Shown here one piece after another: positions 42,201 to 55,900 of a stretch of DNA of 64,000 nucleotides (position 1 is its first letter; each line of letters opens with the position of its first letter). This stretch comes from Dimorphilus gyrociliatus. Lineage: Eukaryota; Animalia; Annelida. The stretch covers positions 1,813,700 through 1,877,699 of the forward strand of contig CAJFCJ010000019.1 in NCBI GenBank assembly GCA_904063045.1, read 5' to 3'. Both the position numbers and the translations under genes were made by a program. Below the pieces are notes generated by a model. The model saw nothing but the letters and a program-made list of their open reading frames with translations. It was not told the DNA's origin and ran no database searches.

Positions 42201-44038
42201 TAATTTCAGCATAATAAAAGACTTTATGAATTCTATTTGGAATGATCCTTCTCCTTTCCAGATAATAAGTTTTACTATAGATGTTACTGCAATTTATCAA
42301 ATTGAAAATCCTCAACTAATTAAATTGTATGGAACAAAGCATAAAAACTATTGCATGAAAATTCTGTCAAATCATCATATTTCGTATATCGAAACAAAAA
42401 GTGACAAATACCTGCCGAACGAATTGAAATCGTTACTAACCAAAGAAATCAATGAGCATTATCTTTTCCATGGTACCGACATTACAGCAGCAAATTCCAT
42501 TTCCGAAAATGGTTTCAATCATAGTATTGCTAAAACTGGTCTGTTAAATACACATATAACTTTCGCTCAAGATCCAAAAAAATCAGATATCTCTACATCC
42601 GATAATGTCAGATATATTTTAATATCCAGAGTAATACTTGGTGATGCTTTTAAAACTGACGAAAGTTTTGAAAGTGTATCAAGCCCACCTTGTAAAGTAT
42701 GCTCAAAAGCACTCTGTACGGTGCACAACGAAATGTACGATAGCATATTTGCTACGCACATGGAGATCGCTCACTCAGACCACATTGTTTATGATAAGGA
42801 TTTATGTTATCCAGAATTTATTATATCATATAAACCAAAAAATGAAAATCAAATTTCATTGAAAGATGCTATAGAAAAACCAATTACTTGGAAGGATTTT
42901 GATGAAGCAGCCGATCCAGAAGAGATCGGTATCAAACAGTTTGTTGATAGAAGTTTTGATTTAACTAAAGAGTTTTTAGAAAATGCTAAAGAAAAACCAA
43001 TTACTTGGAAGGATTTCGATGAAGAAACCGATCCAGAAGAGAGACTTGAGGTAAACAAAATTATCAGGCGAATTTGCTCTTATAAAGTATTAATGTAATA
43101 ATATTTAGATGAGAATTAAACTTTTCAATAATTATCCAAAAAATTGGACAAAATATTCTGGTAAAATAAATTCAAGTAAACCGAAACATAGAATTGATTT
43201 AAAAAAACATGATCTTAATACATACAAGTAGGTCATACAGTTTCATTTTGTGAATTAACTATAATTAACAATTCTTTTCTATTAAAGTCTAATTGAAAAG
43301 TTTATGAAAGATACTTGGAGAGATAATGAGAATGCTATAGCATCTTTAGATGATATAGAAATCTTGGGGATTGAACGGTCAGAGAATCCTAGATTATATC
43401 AACCTTATTCCTTTGAACATAAGAAATTTTGCGAGAGTTTGAGCTCTGATAAATTTCCTATGTTGAGCACCAAAACTAGTAAACATTGTCCAGTTGAATT
43501 GTCATCTCTTCTAGCGCCCGAAATCAATGAATTTTACTTTTTCCATGGAACGGATGCCGCATGTAAAAATAACATTCTAGAACAGGGATTTGGAATCAAT
43601 GAATTTTACTTTTTCCATGGAACGAATTATCCATCTAAACATGAGATTTTCCACCAGGGATTTGATTTTCGACTTGATGGAGTAGGTTACTATGGTATGG
43701 GTGCATATTTTGCTGAAGATCCCAAGAAATCTGATGGTTATACCTTCGGCCGTGGTACGACTATACAAGAGAAATATGATTTAAAAAGACATATCATCAT
43801 AGGAAGAGTAATACTTGGAAATTCAACTGTCGTCTCTCGAGATTTGAACCTCAAACGACCTCCCTGTAAAACCTGCAAGGCAAATGTATGTATGGACCAT
43901 AATGAATATTTCGATTCTGTTCGTGGAAATGAAGGCCTTGAAAATACTTTTTGGGAATACATTGTTTACAGTCTAACACAATGTTATCCCGAATATCTTG
44001 TAACTTACAAGCTGAAACAGAAAGAGAATTCTCCATAG
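39224..44038 (+). CDS. Macrodomain-PARP gene B with two tandem ART domains (degenerate B1, then H-Y-E B2); start uncertain
   Basis: Macro (DALINNV..GKLS; IGIPPIGCGNLDY); B1 42226-42840 has FHG but HITF and SDHIVY; no stop before donor gtaaac 43051; linker exon 43109-; B2 43304-44038 GAYFAEDPKKSDGY, WEYIVY. Confidence 0.75.
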
Positions 44039-45254
44039 ATAGTGAACTATCAAAAAATGGTAATTTATATATATTTTAACAATATGATGGGATGTTTACT
44101 TTATTCAATACTCGTCTTCTTTCTGGAGCTCGTTATTTTGTTTTGATTTCAAGTGAGTCGTGTTTATTTAGTGACGGATGATGTTTATTCGAAAAAAGAA
44201 ACAACAACATTCTGTTACTAAAATTCGTAAAGAAAATCTACAAAAATATTCAACACAAACGTTATGAATTCTAATTAACCCACTAGTATTATTGTTTGTC
44301 TTGGTTTATCGTAAACAGAAGATATTCAAAACCAAATACAAAGCGTTTATTCATTCTTTGTCGAATTTATAGATTTCTTCATCATTGACAAACTCGTATT
44401 CTTACCATTTTTCAACATCCATTTTGAAATTCAGTATGATACCTTCATCGCAATTCTCACCAGCTCAATACGTTCGTTCTTCCAAGCAATATACAAATTC
44501 CACTTATGATAAAGACTACTATTCATCTTTTCAACAACTTCGTTTATAATCTCGTCGCTGTTTAATTTGTCCGCTTCGTTGCCGACAATAAAGAAACTTT
44601 CCACTTTCAACAAGTTCGTCTTTAAATGGAATAGTGAAAGAGTATCGATATATTTAATAGGTTCCATATCTCTTAAAACATTTCTAGAATGCTGAACATA
44701 GCGAGGTTTCGACCCGAATCTTTTTCTCAAGATGTCTAATGCATAAAAATAGCCATCTTCGCCCAAAATATAACAATATTTTATGGAATCGTAAGCCAGA
44801 CCTTTGCAGTGTCTGCATAGATGACGTAACTTTTCGCTGTTAGTCAACCCTTTGTTATCGACATCCAACTTGTGTTTTACCAAAAACTTCTCAACGCGTT
44901 CAGCATCATGACAATCATCGTCAAGTTCGTAGCTATTCTCGTCTTCTAGGTCGTTTCCAATGCCGTTAAACTTTTCAATAGACTCGTTACTGCAGGACGA
45001 ACATTCAGAGCTCTGACTTGACAATTTCTTTTTCGAAGTGGATGGTGAATTCTTCATAATCACCATTATCTTATCAAGTTTATCGCCCAATCCGTCCATT
45101 TTTCTATCCAAGTTGGTATAAACCTCTTCAAGTTTCCTTTCCGCTTGAATTGAATAATCTCTAGCTCGTTTGATAGTATCTTGGCTTACATATGAACATG
45201 CTCCATTGCTTGTAGAATACAACTTGGTGTAATCATTATTATCATCAAAGATCT
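42926..45254. repeat. Segmental duplication copy 1 (PARP 3' exons plus gag), paralogous to 53363-55900
   Basis: Near-identical sequence from tcggtatcaaacag onward, including introns and intergenic DNA; differs by a 72-bp insertion, a ~205-bp deletion and indels after the PARP stop. Confidence 0.95.
44431..45254 (-). pseudogene. Truncated copy of the BEL/Pao-type gag ORF
   Basis: Central ~590 bp identical to 55232-55829; lacks the N-terminal ~100 codons; a ~205-bp frameshifting deletion removes both zinc knuckles. Confidence 0.8.
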
Positions 45255-45994
45255 GTTTATTACTGCTAGAAAATCATCAATTTTGCTGAGAGCTATAATT
45301 TTTATGGCTTTAGAAAATTTGTTTATCAGGCCATTTTTTAAGCCTACGAGAGAGGACAGCGTAGGAATTTTCTAAAAATTCTATTTACTTTTTCTTTTTT
45401 AGCCCTACAAACTTATAGTGAATCATTTAAATCTGCTACAAATGAACCATGTATTTTTGTTTTGTACCTCATTCTGCTTCAATAATTTGATATTAAATGA
45501 TTGTACACTGCGAAACGTCTAAAGAGGACAAAAGCTATAAGTAATATTTTTCCGTACGTAATTAGATTTAGAGTTTTAAACACTTGTTTTGAAAAATTTT
45601 CTATCTAAAGGAAGTTCTAAGTTTAGATATTCATCAGATTTCGTAAGATTTCGACACATGAACGGCCAAAAAAATAGATATAAAAGTTAAAACCAACAAA
45701 TAGATAGCATCAAATGCAAGATAAACGTTCGTCAAAAGAAAAAATTGCTTCTTTAACAAAAACTGTAAGTGATGTATTATAATAAATATTTATGATGTAA
45801 TGAAATAATGTTCTACCACCTAGTTTAATAATTGGAAAAAAGGTAATCTATTTGAATAATAACAGTCTCTTAGCTCACTGTAATCCTTCCTGAAAGAAAT
45901 GCAAATTATTCATAAATAGCTCATTTGTATAATATAGTATATATACTGTAATATATATATATATTACATATATTCTTTATATACTTACTATTTA

Positions 45995-48274
45995 GGAAGA
46001 AATGCGTTATGTACGACACAAATTATTGCGAAAAGAATCAAGAAAATTTTCCAATGGGCTCCTTTGATAGAAGAAAATTCACTCAAAACAAATTAGAAGA
46101 AGGCCTAGTAAGTTTAATAAAAACATTTAGAAATACTGTATGTATTTTTGTATATACTATATTAATTTTTTTTAAAAAAACAAAATAATATTAAAATAGA
46201 ATTATGAAATTGATGATTCTGCCAAAAACGACAAGAAGAAAGTACAGCATGGTGCTGGTGGTAGTAAGTATATAGTTTTCTTTTATACTCTGAATATAAT
46301 GCGTATCGTATGTTTTATTTTATTTAGGAGTTTATAATTTTTTAAGATCAATTAAGGGAAAGATATTCCTAAATGAATTAATGAATGAATATGATTGTCA
46401 AATTAAGGAGAAAACCATTAATTTTAAAAAAACTATTAATATAAATGTAGTAATGGAAAGTATGAGTAAAATGAAAGAAAAGGTAAGAAGGTATTAACTT
46501 TTTAATCTGGATTAGTAATTGGAAAGACATTTCAGTGCGAAGCTTTAATATACTACGAGAAAATGAGTGAATCATTATGTATTCGTTATGAAAATTTTGA
46601 TAAATTTAAGAATGTTAAAAATCCCCAAATACTTCGATTCAATATATCGAAACGACAGAATAAACAGGTAGAAAAATTGATTCAGTATATGAAGGCCTAT
46701 GTAGATTATGAATCATTTTTTGCCAGTGTTTAAATGAAGTTTTAAAAAAGATTTTAAAATGGTGCCATAGTAACAGTATAGAAAGTATTGGAATATCTCA
46801 AATGGGCTGTGAACAATGTTTTGGCCTTAGATCTGATCGACTTGCTCATATATTTTATCAGGAAATCACCAACTTTAATTTCTACGTAAAGAGTACATCA
46901 ATACACGTAAAAATTGATATATGAATATTTCAAATTGATAAATATTTAGCCTATTCCGTTCATTCAGGAAATTTTTATCGTCTGCAATACTGGAGATTAT
47001 GCGAAATACAATAAACTTAGAGAAATTGACAGGAGATGTACAATTTTTACTATTACGGCTAAAAGTCAAGAAAGAGTTGATAATGTAGTAAACGAATTAA
47101 AGCAATTGAGAGAGTCAACTATCATAGAAGAAATGATTATTCCTGAATATTGTGAATTAGATTCACTTGAAGAATTTGAAAATGAGAATACGAGAGTTAA
47201 GATTATGGGATTTAAATCGAAAAGGAAGATCGTTTTGGTAGGAATGGGAGATGAGGCTAAAAAAACTTGGCAGTTATTGACTCTATTCATTCAAAATACT
47301 CTAAAGGATTTAAGATCAAGTTTTACTCATAAAAGCCTAACTTCCGTTTCTAATCTTCAAGATAGATTGAGCGTTTGTGTTATGCTAGCTTAATTATAAT
47401 TATTTCTTAATACTTTCCTTGCTCTATATTTCCTGATTAGATCAGACTGGAATTAAACGAAAGGGTACCGCATAATTGGACAAAGTTTAAAGGAAATCTT
47501 AAAGATATTTTCAGTATAGAACCATACATCGTTGATCTATATGAAAAAGATAAGAGACAATTCGAGTAAGCAACTGTTTTTGAATATAAAATATTAATCA
47601 TATCACAATTAGTTAACTGGTAGTCTTTCTCTTGATCAAACAGCGAAATAAAGAACTTTTTCTTAAAAGCATGGAAATATAGCGATGGATTAAATAGTAA
47701 AATTCATATCTTAAGTATTAAAATGAATGAAAATCCCTGTTTATTTGAAAGGTATGCTTTAAAACATAAACAAATAATCAAAAGTTTAGCCAACAATACT
47801 AGCAAAATAATAAATAGCCATAGCACTGCACTTGATGAATACTTAACTATTGATATGGAATCGCATTTAACTCAAGAATTAAATGAGCATTATCTCTTTC
47901 ATGGAACCTCCGAAATTTCGGCTAAATATATACTTCACCAGGGATTTGATTATAGATTAGCAAATAGGGGAAATTTTGGTAAAGGAATTTATTTTGCTGA
48001 AAATCCAAAAAAATCGCATGCCTTTACTGAATGTTCAGAAAAAAAAACTATGTTAATATCAAGAGTATTATTAGGTAATAGTATATATTTGAAGACAAGT
48101 GAAAGAGATTTAGAGAGACCTCCTTGTGCAGTGTGTAAAGCAAGCTTATGCGAATATCATAATCAAATTTATGATAGTGTCATAGGATTATTTAAAGATA
48201 AAGAGATGGTAATTTATGACCCATTTCAATGTTATCCAGAATATTTACTCACCTATAAGATAGTCTGGATATGA
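45995..48274 (+). CDS. Macrodomain-PARP gene C (divergent macro, ART with H-Y-E); 5' end uncertain
   Basis: Macro C-terminal part SIESIGISQMGC at ~46760-46880; linker exon RVPHNWTKF; ART FHGT, GKGIYFAENPKKS, KEMVIY..CYPEYLLTY. Confidence 0.75.
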
Positions 48275-48859
48275 GTTGAAACGATAAAACAGTAAGAAAC
48301 AAAGTATTTGTCTTTCGAAGATAATCCTAGTCTTTTTAATAAAATATTAGATATTTGTATATATGAAGAGATAACTTTGTTTTATATTTTCTTATTAAAA
48401 CCGTACTTTCTGTTTTTGTTTATCAATGTCTTTTTCTTGAATAAACAATAAGCATAAAGACTAATTATTTTATAATTTCTTTCGTTGAAACAAAATGCAT
48501 GTCATTAGCAAGTATCAAAAATTAAAAGCACGTTGCTAGGTAAAATAACTTCAATCCAGCCCCATAAATTCAATTTTTGCAATAATGAGAGTATAGAGCT
48601 ATGTTTATATTTTTTATTGTTCTATACTTATAGGGATTGACCTACTTTGGTTTTCCCCTATAAAATCTTTTTCAATCAGTCCGAATATCTTGAAAGGTGA
48701 TTTGTGGAATTATAATCAAAAGAGAAAGTACAAAGGAAGATTACATGATCAACAACTTCTTACTTTCAGTTTCATTTTGCTCATATCTAGTTATGCAGTC
48801 GTTAAAAGTTTAGCAAGACAAAATGGATATTATCATAGGAAAATTGTATAAGCCAAATG

Positions 48860-51800
48860 GGAATGTATATGATATAGATATTGAAGAGAAATTTGAACAA
48901 AATGAAAGATATTTTTCAGTAAAAAAGAAACATTATGGTAGGTTATTCATTGTATTCATTGATATTTCTTTTATAGATTTATATATAATATGTTAGGCTT
49001 ATGCGAATTTCTGAAAAGTCATACAATTGCTGAAAATATATTACAAGATATAGCAAACGATTTAAAATGTTGCCTTCGATTGAAATACGAAATTCATCCT
49101 CAAAGAATTGAATTCGAACTATCTCGCAAACGTATGGAAAATTTAATTTCCGAGGTAAGCACTAAGTATACGGTGTCAACAGATTGACATTTAACAACTG
49201 CCTCTGTACCCTAATATGAGTTTGCTTTATTATTTATAACAACAATAATTTAAAGAGTCTTATCATATTGGTCTATTTGAATAGCTTCATATATCCTAAA
49301 TAGATACCTTCCTAAGCTCTCTCCTATTATGTTCATCTACTAGTAATTTCCTTCAAATACGCAAATTCTTCACTTGAAATCTTTGTTTTCATCATAAATA
49401 GAATAAGATAGATTGCTACATAATTTATAACAAATGAAAATTCTATATAAATTTATATTTATGTTTGAAAAATAGGATTAAATTTTTGTCAGGTTGATGC
49501 GCTGATCTGCATTTATGATTGTTACATTCCGAAAAAGATTGATCTTAACTTTCCAACAATTTCAAGAAAAATAAGCACCTCCATAGAACAACAAGTATAT
49601 CAGAACAAAACTATGATATACTTTTTGGATATTAGAAATTTTACACATAGTAAAGGAAAACATCTATTTAAAACCAAACTGTTAGAAATTCTCAAGAAGA
49701 TTGCATTCAAATATACATCAGTACTATTTCCTATTATGAATAGGACTAGTTTTATAAATTATTACAAAATTGCTAATATAATTCAAGAGTGTTTAATAGT
49801 ATTGGAAAAGAACTATCGTAATTTAAAGATCAAGGTAATTACTTTAATATTTTAATGACGATTAATAGCAGTAATCTATAAATAATAGAAACTCATTGTT
49901 TGGTGCGAATCTGCAAAAGTTTACGAACATGTAAAAAGGATTAAGGAAAGAGATGTAGAAATAGAATGTACCGTTTTTCAAACCAAAAATTTACCAATTG
50001 CTAAAGAACGTTTAAACTATTTTATTGAATCGAGTTGTGTTAGCCTTATTTATCAATTCTTCTCTCTCATCGACATTCCACATTTATACTCTTTGAATAA
50101 TGAACTAGTAAGATTAGACTCCTGTAAGATATGATCCCTTTTTATCTGTATTCTGTTATCATTAAGCTATTTACTATGTTTGAATAGATGAGATAATTAA
50201 AAAAGATACAAATCCCAGCTTTCAAGGGTGTCATAGAGTTACTTATGAAATAAAAATCACTGGAATTTCTGGTGCTTCCTTTGCTGTATTAAAGACTCTC
50301 AAAGAAATGATTTATGGAAAATATGTAGCAGCTATAGAAAAAGTAAGCGAAAAATATATTTTCTTTACTTTTTTTTTTAAAAAGAAAGTATATTCTTTCA
50401 TTGTTGAAGGATGAAAAAAATCTATCTTCAAATAAATTCACCGATTTAGGATCTAAAATTCTATTACAAGAACTAGAAGAAGAGGATATAAATATTGTAT
50501 TTACTGTTAAACCAACTGCGGTTTATGTGTTAAAAACAGTTGTTTTACAATCGATTGTAAATAATTTGAAAACATCCAAATGTAAAATTGATATTACTGG
50601 GAATAACGTTACTCTTACTGGCAAAGCTGGCAGTGTTAGATTTATTAGGAATATTATCTTTGATAAAATTAGTAATGCTCATAGCATTCATTTGGATCTG
50701 TTTGAACATCATGAATCGGTTTATAAAGTATTAGAAGCAGCCATTCAAGCAAGCGATTATTCAAAAAACGTTTCGATTGATTTCAATAAGAGTTGTCTTA
50801 TAAGTCTAAGCAAAGAAACTCTTAGAGATTGTTACGATTTCCTGAAAAATTCGATTGAAATAGAACAATACGACTATAATCATAATTTAATCGATCAAAT
50901 TGAAAAGTTTAATAGTCAAAACCATGGCCAAAATCAAGTTGCTGTGACGGTAATTGGTAACAATCGGATAACTGTTACCGGATGTTTCGAGTCGCCATTC
51001 TGGAAATTGTTTAATTCTGCAACCATATCGTCAACCTTAAAGAACAGAAAGACAGATTTTTGTTTCGTAAAAGTATGAAATTCTTTATTATTGTTACTTT
51101 AAACAAATTTTCCCATTTGTAGAGTAAAAAGAAACAAACTAAAGAGATGTGGATTGAAATTAAAAGACTTTTCGAAAAAGCAGTTGCAAATTCGATAAAG
51201 GTTATATCTATAACAGAAATCAGCAAATCAGCATCAGTTTTCCATTTCAACACAAAAATAAGTTCAGGTAAGATGAATTGAATAAAATTCGTTAATGAAG
51301 ACTAATTTTACTTGTTTTGTATATTTTTATAGCCGACATTGAAACGTTAGATTCTATCAATAGTTCTTTGAATGTTGAATTCTATAGGCGAAAGCTAGAT
51401 AATTCTTCAGATACTTATGATAAAAAGAGAATGATATTTCTTTCACTTGTCGAAAATAGTAGACATCTACTAGCCGATACGCAATATCTCGATTATATAA
51501 GGAAAAGTAGCGACTGCGATATAAAATACTTTAACGAAGAGACTAAAGATGAACTATTGCTTATTGGTCAAATTGATACAGTCATTGGAGAAAGAGATGA
51601 AATATCAAGGAAGATTAACTTATATCAAAAATCCGATTTGTCGTTTAAATGTAACGATGAAGACTATAAAAAATTTATTAGAAAGATTTTAGCATCGGAG
51701 GAAAAAGACTGGACCGAGTTTGTAACTGTATTGCCAGGGAATCGTTTGATTGGTTGGGATAAATCCAATAATATCAAGCAACAAAATTCAGCTGAAGAAG

Positions 51801-54436
51801 CTAAAAGCTATTTTGAAGCATGTACAAAAATTGAAGAAATCCCCGATAACGAGGGTGATTTTAATACGATAATGGAATGGAATAAATCACAAAATTTGAA
51901 AGATAAACTCTTCTTTGAAAAATCCAATAGTAAATTTAGAATTTTAGGTTGGAATTCTTCAAAAGGGTGGAAAGATCATGAAAGTATCTTTATCGGTTAT
52001 CGAATTAAACCTTTGTGTTTTCGTATATCGAAGACGTTTTATAAACTTTTAAAGAATAAATTCCAAAACCAAATTAAGCAGTTCTTTAATAATATACAAC
52101 CTTTTTTTGATGACAAAACTTGTGAAATTAAAATTGACTGTTATCAAAAATTAAAGGAACCTTTTGTAAAGCTGTTGAATAAATGGGAAGCAAGTATGAA
52201 GAAACGTGTTTTGTCTCATCATCATTTCGGTTCGAGGACTATTTTTAATTATAAATAGCTTTTAAGATATTTTTTATTATCAATTTTCTAGGTCTATTAA
52301 GTCATTTGCAAACGAAAGAAGGTGAAGAACATGTAAACTCAATAGAAAAGACATGGAATTCTTCTATCAACTTCGAAGTTGATGATGAATCATCAAACTT
52401 GAACATTATATTCGTTGAGAATGAAATTACATCAATGAATGATAAAGTAAGCATTTAATATCATATTCTTAAATTACAATAATGATGTTTTTCTACTAGA
52501 CTATACAGTGTGACGCTCTGGTAAATAATATAGCCGTAATGACCGACGATTTATCACAGGGAGGTTCAATTTCAAAGGCATTTTTGAAAAAATTTCCAAG
52601 AATTGCAACACTGGAAATGAAATCATATCGAAATATAAAAATTACGGAATTAGAGCAATTTAAAATAATACATACAAGAGTGCAACACCATAATGATATC
52701 ACTAAAGAAAAGGTAAGTATCCCTTTTTCCCTAGCCAGATATTTTGTTAATTTAAATAATTTGGTTTTTCTTATCTAAAGGATCTTATCTCGTCTTTGCA
52801 AAATGTACTTTCTTACGCTATTGAAAATAAATTAACCAGTATAGCACTTCCGCCAATAGGATGCGGCTATAGTCAGTATGATCCAAGGATTGTAGCTCAT
52901 TATATGTATCATAGTATAACAGATTTAAAGTATAAGTACACAGATATATCGCTAAAGGTATTTATTAATTATTCTCAATTCTAACAAATTGATATACAAT
53001 ATATATTTCTTCAAATAGAAAGTTTTTATAGTATGCCTGAGTGGAGCTGGTCACGTTTTGACAGAACCATTTAAAGCTATTGAGGAGAGATCAATAAAAG
53101 TATGTATATATGCCGAAAAGGATGAGAATATTGAACGTACAACAAAAGCTATACAATCCTATATTAAAGAGCAAGCAATTGTGAAAAAGATTAATCTAGA
53201 AAAGAACATTAGATTGAATTCTGTGGAGAATTTAGAGAATAAATATGTAAAAATTAAACAGCTAAGAATGAGTATATATAAATACTTGTATACTTTATAG
53301 TATTTTCTATGTTAATTTATATCTATTTTCAGTTAAAACTAATGAACAATTCATGGAAATTGTCGGTATCAAACAGTTTGTTGATAGAAGTTTTGATTTA
53401 ACTAAAGAGCTTTTAGAAAATGCTAAAGAAAAACCAATTACTTGGAAGGATTTCGATGAAGAAACCGATCCAGAAGAGAGACTTGAGGTAAACAAATTTA
53501 TCAGGCGAATTTGCTCTTATAAAGTATTAATGTAATAATATTTAGATGAGAATTAAACTTTTCAATAATTATCCAAAAAATTGGACAAAATATTCTGGTA
53601 AAATAAATTCAAGTAAACCGAAACATAGACTTGATTTAAAAAAACATGATCTTAATACATACAAGTAGGTCATACAGTTTCATTTTGTAAATTAACTATA
53701 ATTAACAATTCTTTTCTATTAAAGTCTAATTGAAAAGTTTATGAAAGATACTTGGAGAGATAATGAGAATGCTGTAGCATCTTCCGATGATATAGAAATC
53801 TTGGGGATTGAACGGTCAGAGAATCCTAGATTATATCAAGCTTATTCCACTGAACATAAGAAATTTTGCGAGAGTTTGAGCTCTGATAAATTTCCTATGT
53901 TGAGCACCAAAACTAGTAAACATTGTCCAGTTGAATTGTCATCTCTTCTAGCGCCCGAAATCAATGAATTTTACTTTTTCCATGGAACGAATTCTGCATC
54001 TAAAGATAAGATTCTCCACCAGGGATTTGATTTTCGACTTGGTGAAGTAGGTTACTATGGTAAGGGTGCATATTTTGCTGAAGATCCCAAGAAATCTGAT
54101 GGTTATACCTTCGGCCGTGGTAAGACTATACAAGAGAAATATGATATAAAAAGACATATCATCATAGGAAGAGTAATACTTGGAAATTCAACTGTCGTCT
54201 CTCGAGATTCGAACCTCAAACGACCTCCCTGTAAAACCTGCAAGGCAAATGTATGTAAGGACCATAATGAATATTTCGATTCTGTTCGTGGAAATGGAGG
54301 CCTTGAAAATATTTTTTGGGAATACATTGTTTACAGTCTAACACAATGTTATCCCGAATATCTTGTAACTTACAAGCTGAAACAGAAAGAGAATTCTTCA
54401 GGCACGAAAATTGAAAGGAAAAATAGTTTACCATAA
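48860..54436 (+). CDS. Macrodomain-PARP gene D (long PARP14-like: degenerate macro, KH-like repeats, macro, ART with H-Y-E); 5' end uncertain
   Basis: Macro CDALVNNIA..GGSIS and IALPPIGCG at ~52500-52950; linker exon YPKNWTKY; ART FHGT, GKGAYFAEDPKKSDGY, WEYIVY. Confidence 0.8.
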
Positions 54437-55900
54437 ATTTATAGTGATCTATCAAGAAGCGGTAGATTCTTTATCAAAAGAGACCTATTATACTTAGGTA
54501 TCTATATGTATTTTAACAATATGATGGGATGTTTACTTTATTCAATACTCGTCTTCTTTCTGGAGCTCGTTATTTTGTTTTGATTTCAAGTGAGTCGTGT
54601 TTATTTAGTGACGGATGATGTTTATTCGAAAAAAGAAACAACAACATTCTGTTACTAAAATTCGTAAAGAAAATCTACAAAAATATTCAACACAAACGTT
54701 ATGAATTCTAATTAACCCACTAGTATTATTGTTTGTCTTGGTTTATCGTAAACAAACAGAAGATATTCAAAACCAAATACAAAGCGTTTATTCATTCTTT
54801 GTCGAATTTATAGATTTCTTCATCATTGACAAACTCGTATTCTTGCCATTTTTCAACATCCATTTTGAAATTCGGTATGATACCTTTATCGCAATTCTCA
54901 CCGGCGTGTCCTTGTTCGTAGCATATATTGCACGTTTGGTGAGTTTGTATGAAATTATTCTGCTTAGTTGGGCTCAATCGTCTAAATTTCGTACAAGTAT
55001 TGATTTCATGCTCCTCGGACATGCAAAATATACAATGAACTTGCGATCGTTCCTTAAGATTCTTCAATTCGTAGTTAAGAAATTCAATTAGAGACTTGAA
55101 AACAACCCGCTCGTTACGTTCGTTCTTCCAAGCAATATACAAATTCCACTTATGATAAAGACTACTATTCATCTTTTCAATCACTTCATTTATAATCTCG
55201 TCGCTGTTTAATTTGTCCGCTTCGTTGCCGGCAATAAAGAAACTTTCCACTTTCAACAAGTTCGTCTTTAAATGGAATAGTGAAAGAGTATCGATATATT
55301 TAATAGGTTCCATATCTCTTAAAACATTTCTAGAATGCTGAACATAGCGAGGTTTCGACCCGAATCTTTTTCTCAAGATGTCTAATGCATAAAAATAGCC
55401 ATCTTCGCCCAAAATATAACAATATTTTATGGAATCGTAAGCCAGACCTTTGCAGTGTCTGCATAGATGACGTAACTTTTCGCTGTTAGTCAACCCTTTG
55501 TTATCGACATCCAACTTGTGTTTTACCAAAAACTTCTCAACGCGTTCAGCATCATGACAATCATCGTCAAGTTCGTAGCTATTCTCGTCTTCTAGGTCGT
55601 TTCCAATGCCGTTAAACTTTTCAATAGACTCGTTACTGCAGGACGAACATTCAGAGCTCTGACTTGACAATTTCTTTTTCGAAGTGGATGGTGAATTCTT
55701 CATAATCACCATTATCTTATCAAGTTTATCGCCCAATCCGTCCATTTTTCTATCCAAGTTGGTATAAACCTCTTCAAGTTTCCTTTCCGCTTGAATTGAA
55801 TAATCTCTAGCTCGTTTGATAGTATCTTGACTAACATATGAACATGCTCCATTGCTTGTAGAATACAACTTGGTATAATCAATATTATCATCGAAGATCT
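53363..55900. repeat. Segmental duplication copy 2, paralogous to 42926-45254
   Basis: Direct sequence comparison. Confidence 0.95.

Noticed and set aside
42926-55900. Duplicated segments as LTRs of one large retroelement or as a haplotig artefact
   Set aside because: Repeats contain host PARP exons and introns, lack TG..CA ends, and have different upstream contexts and structural indels; long reads should still confirm
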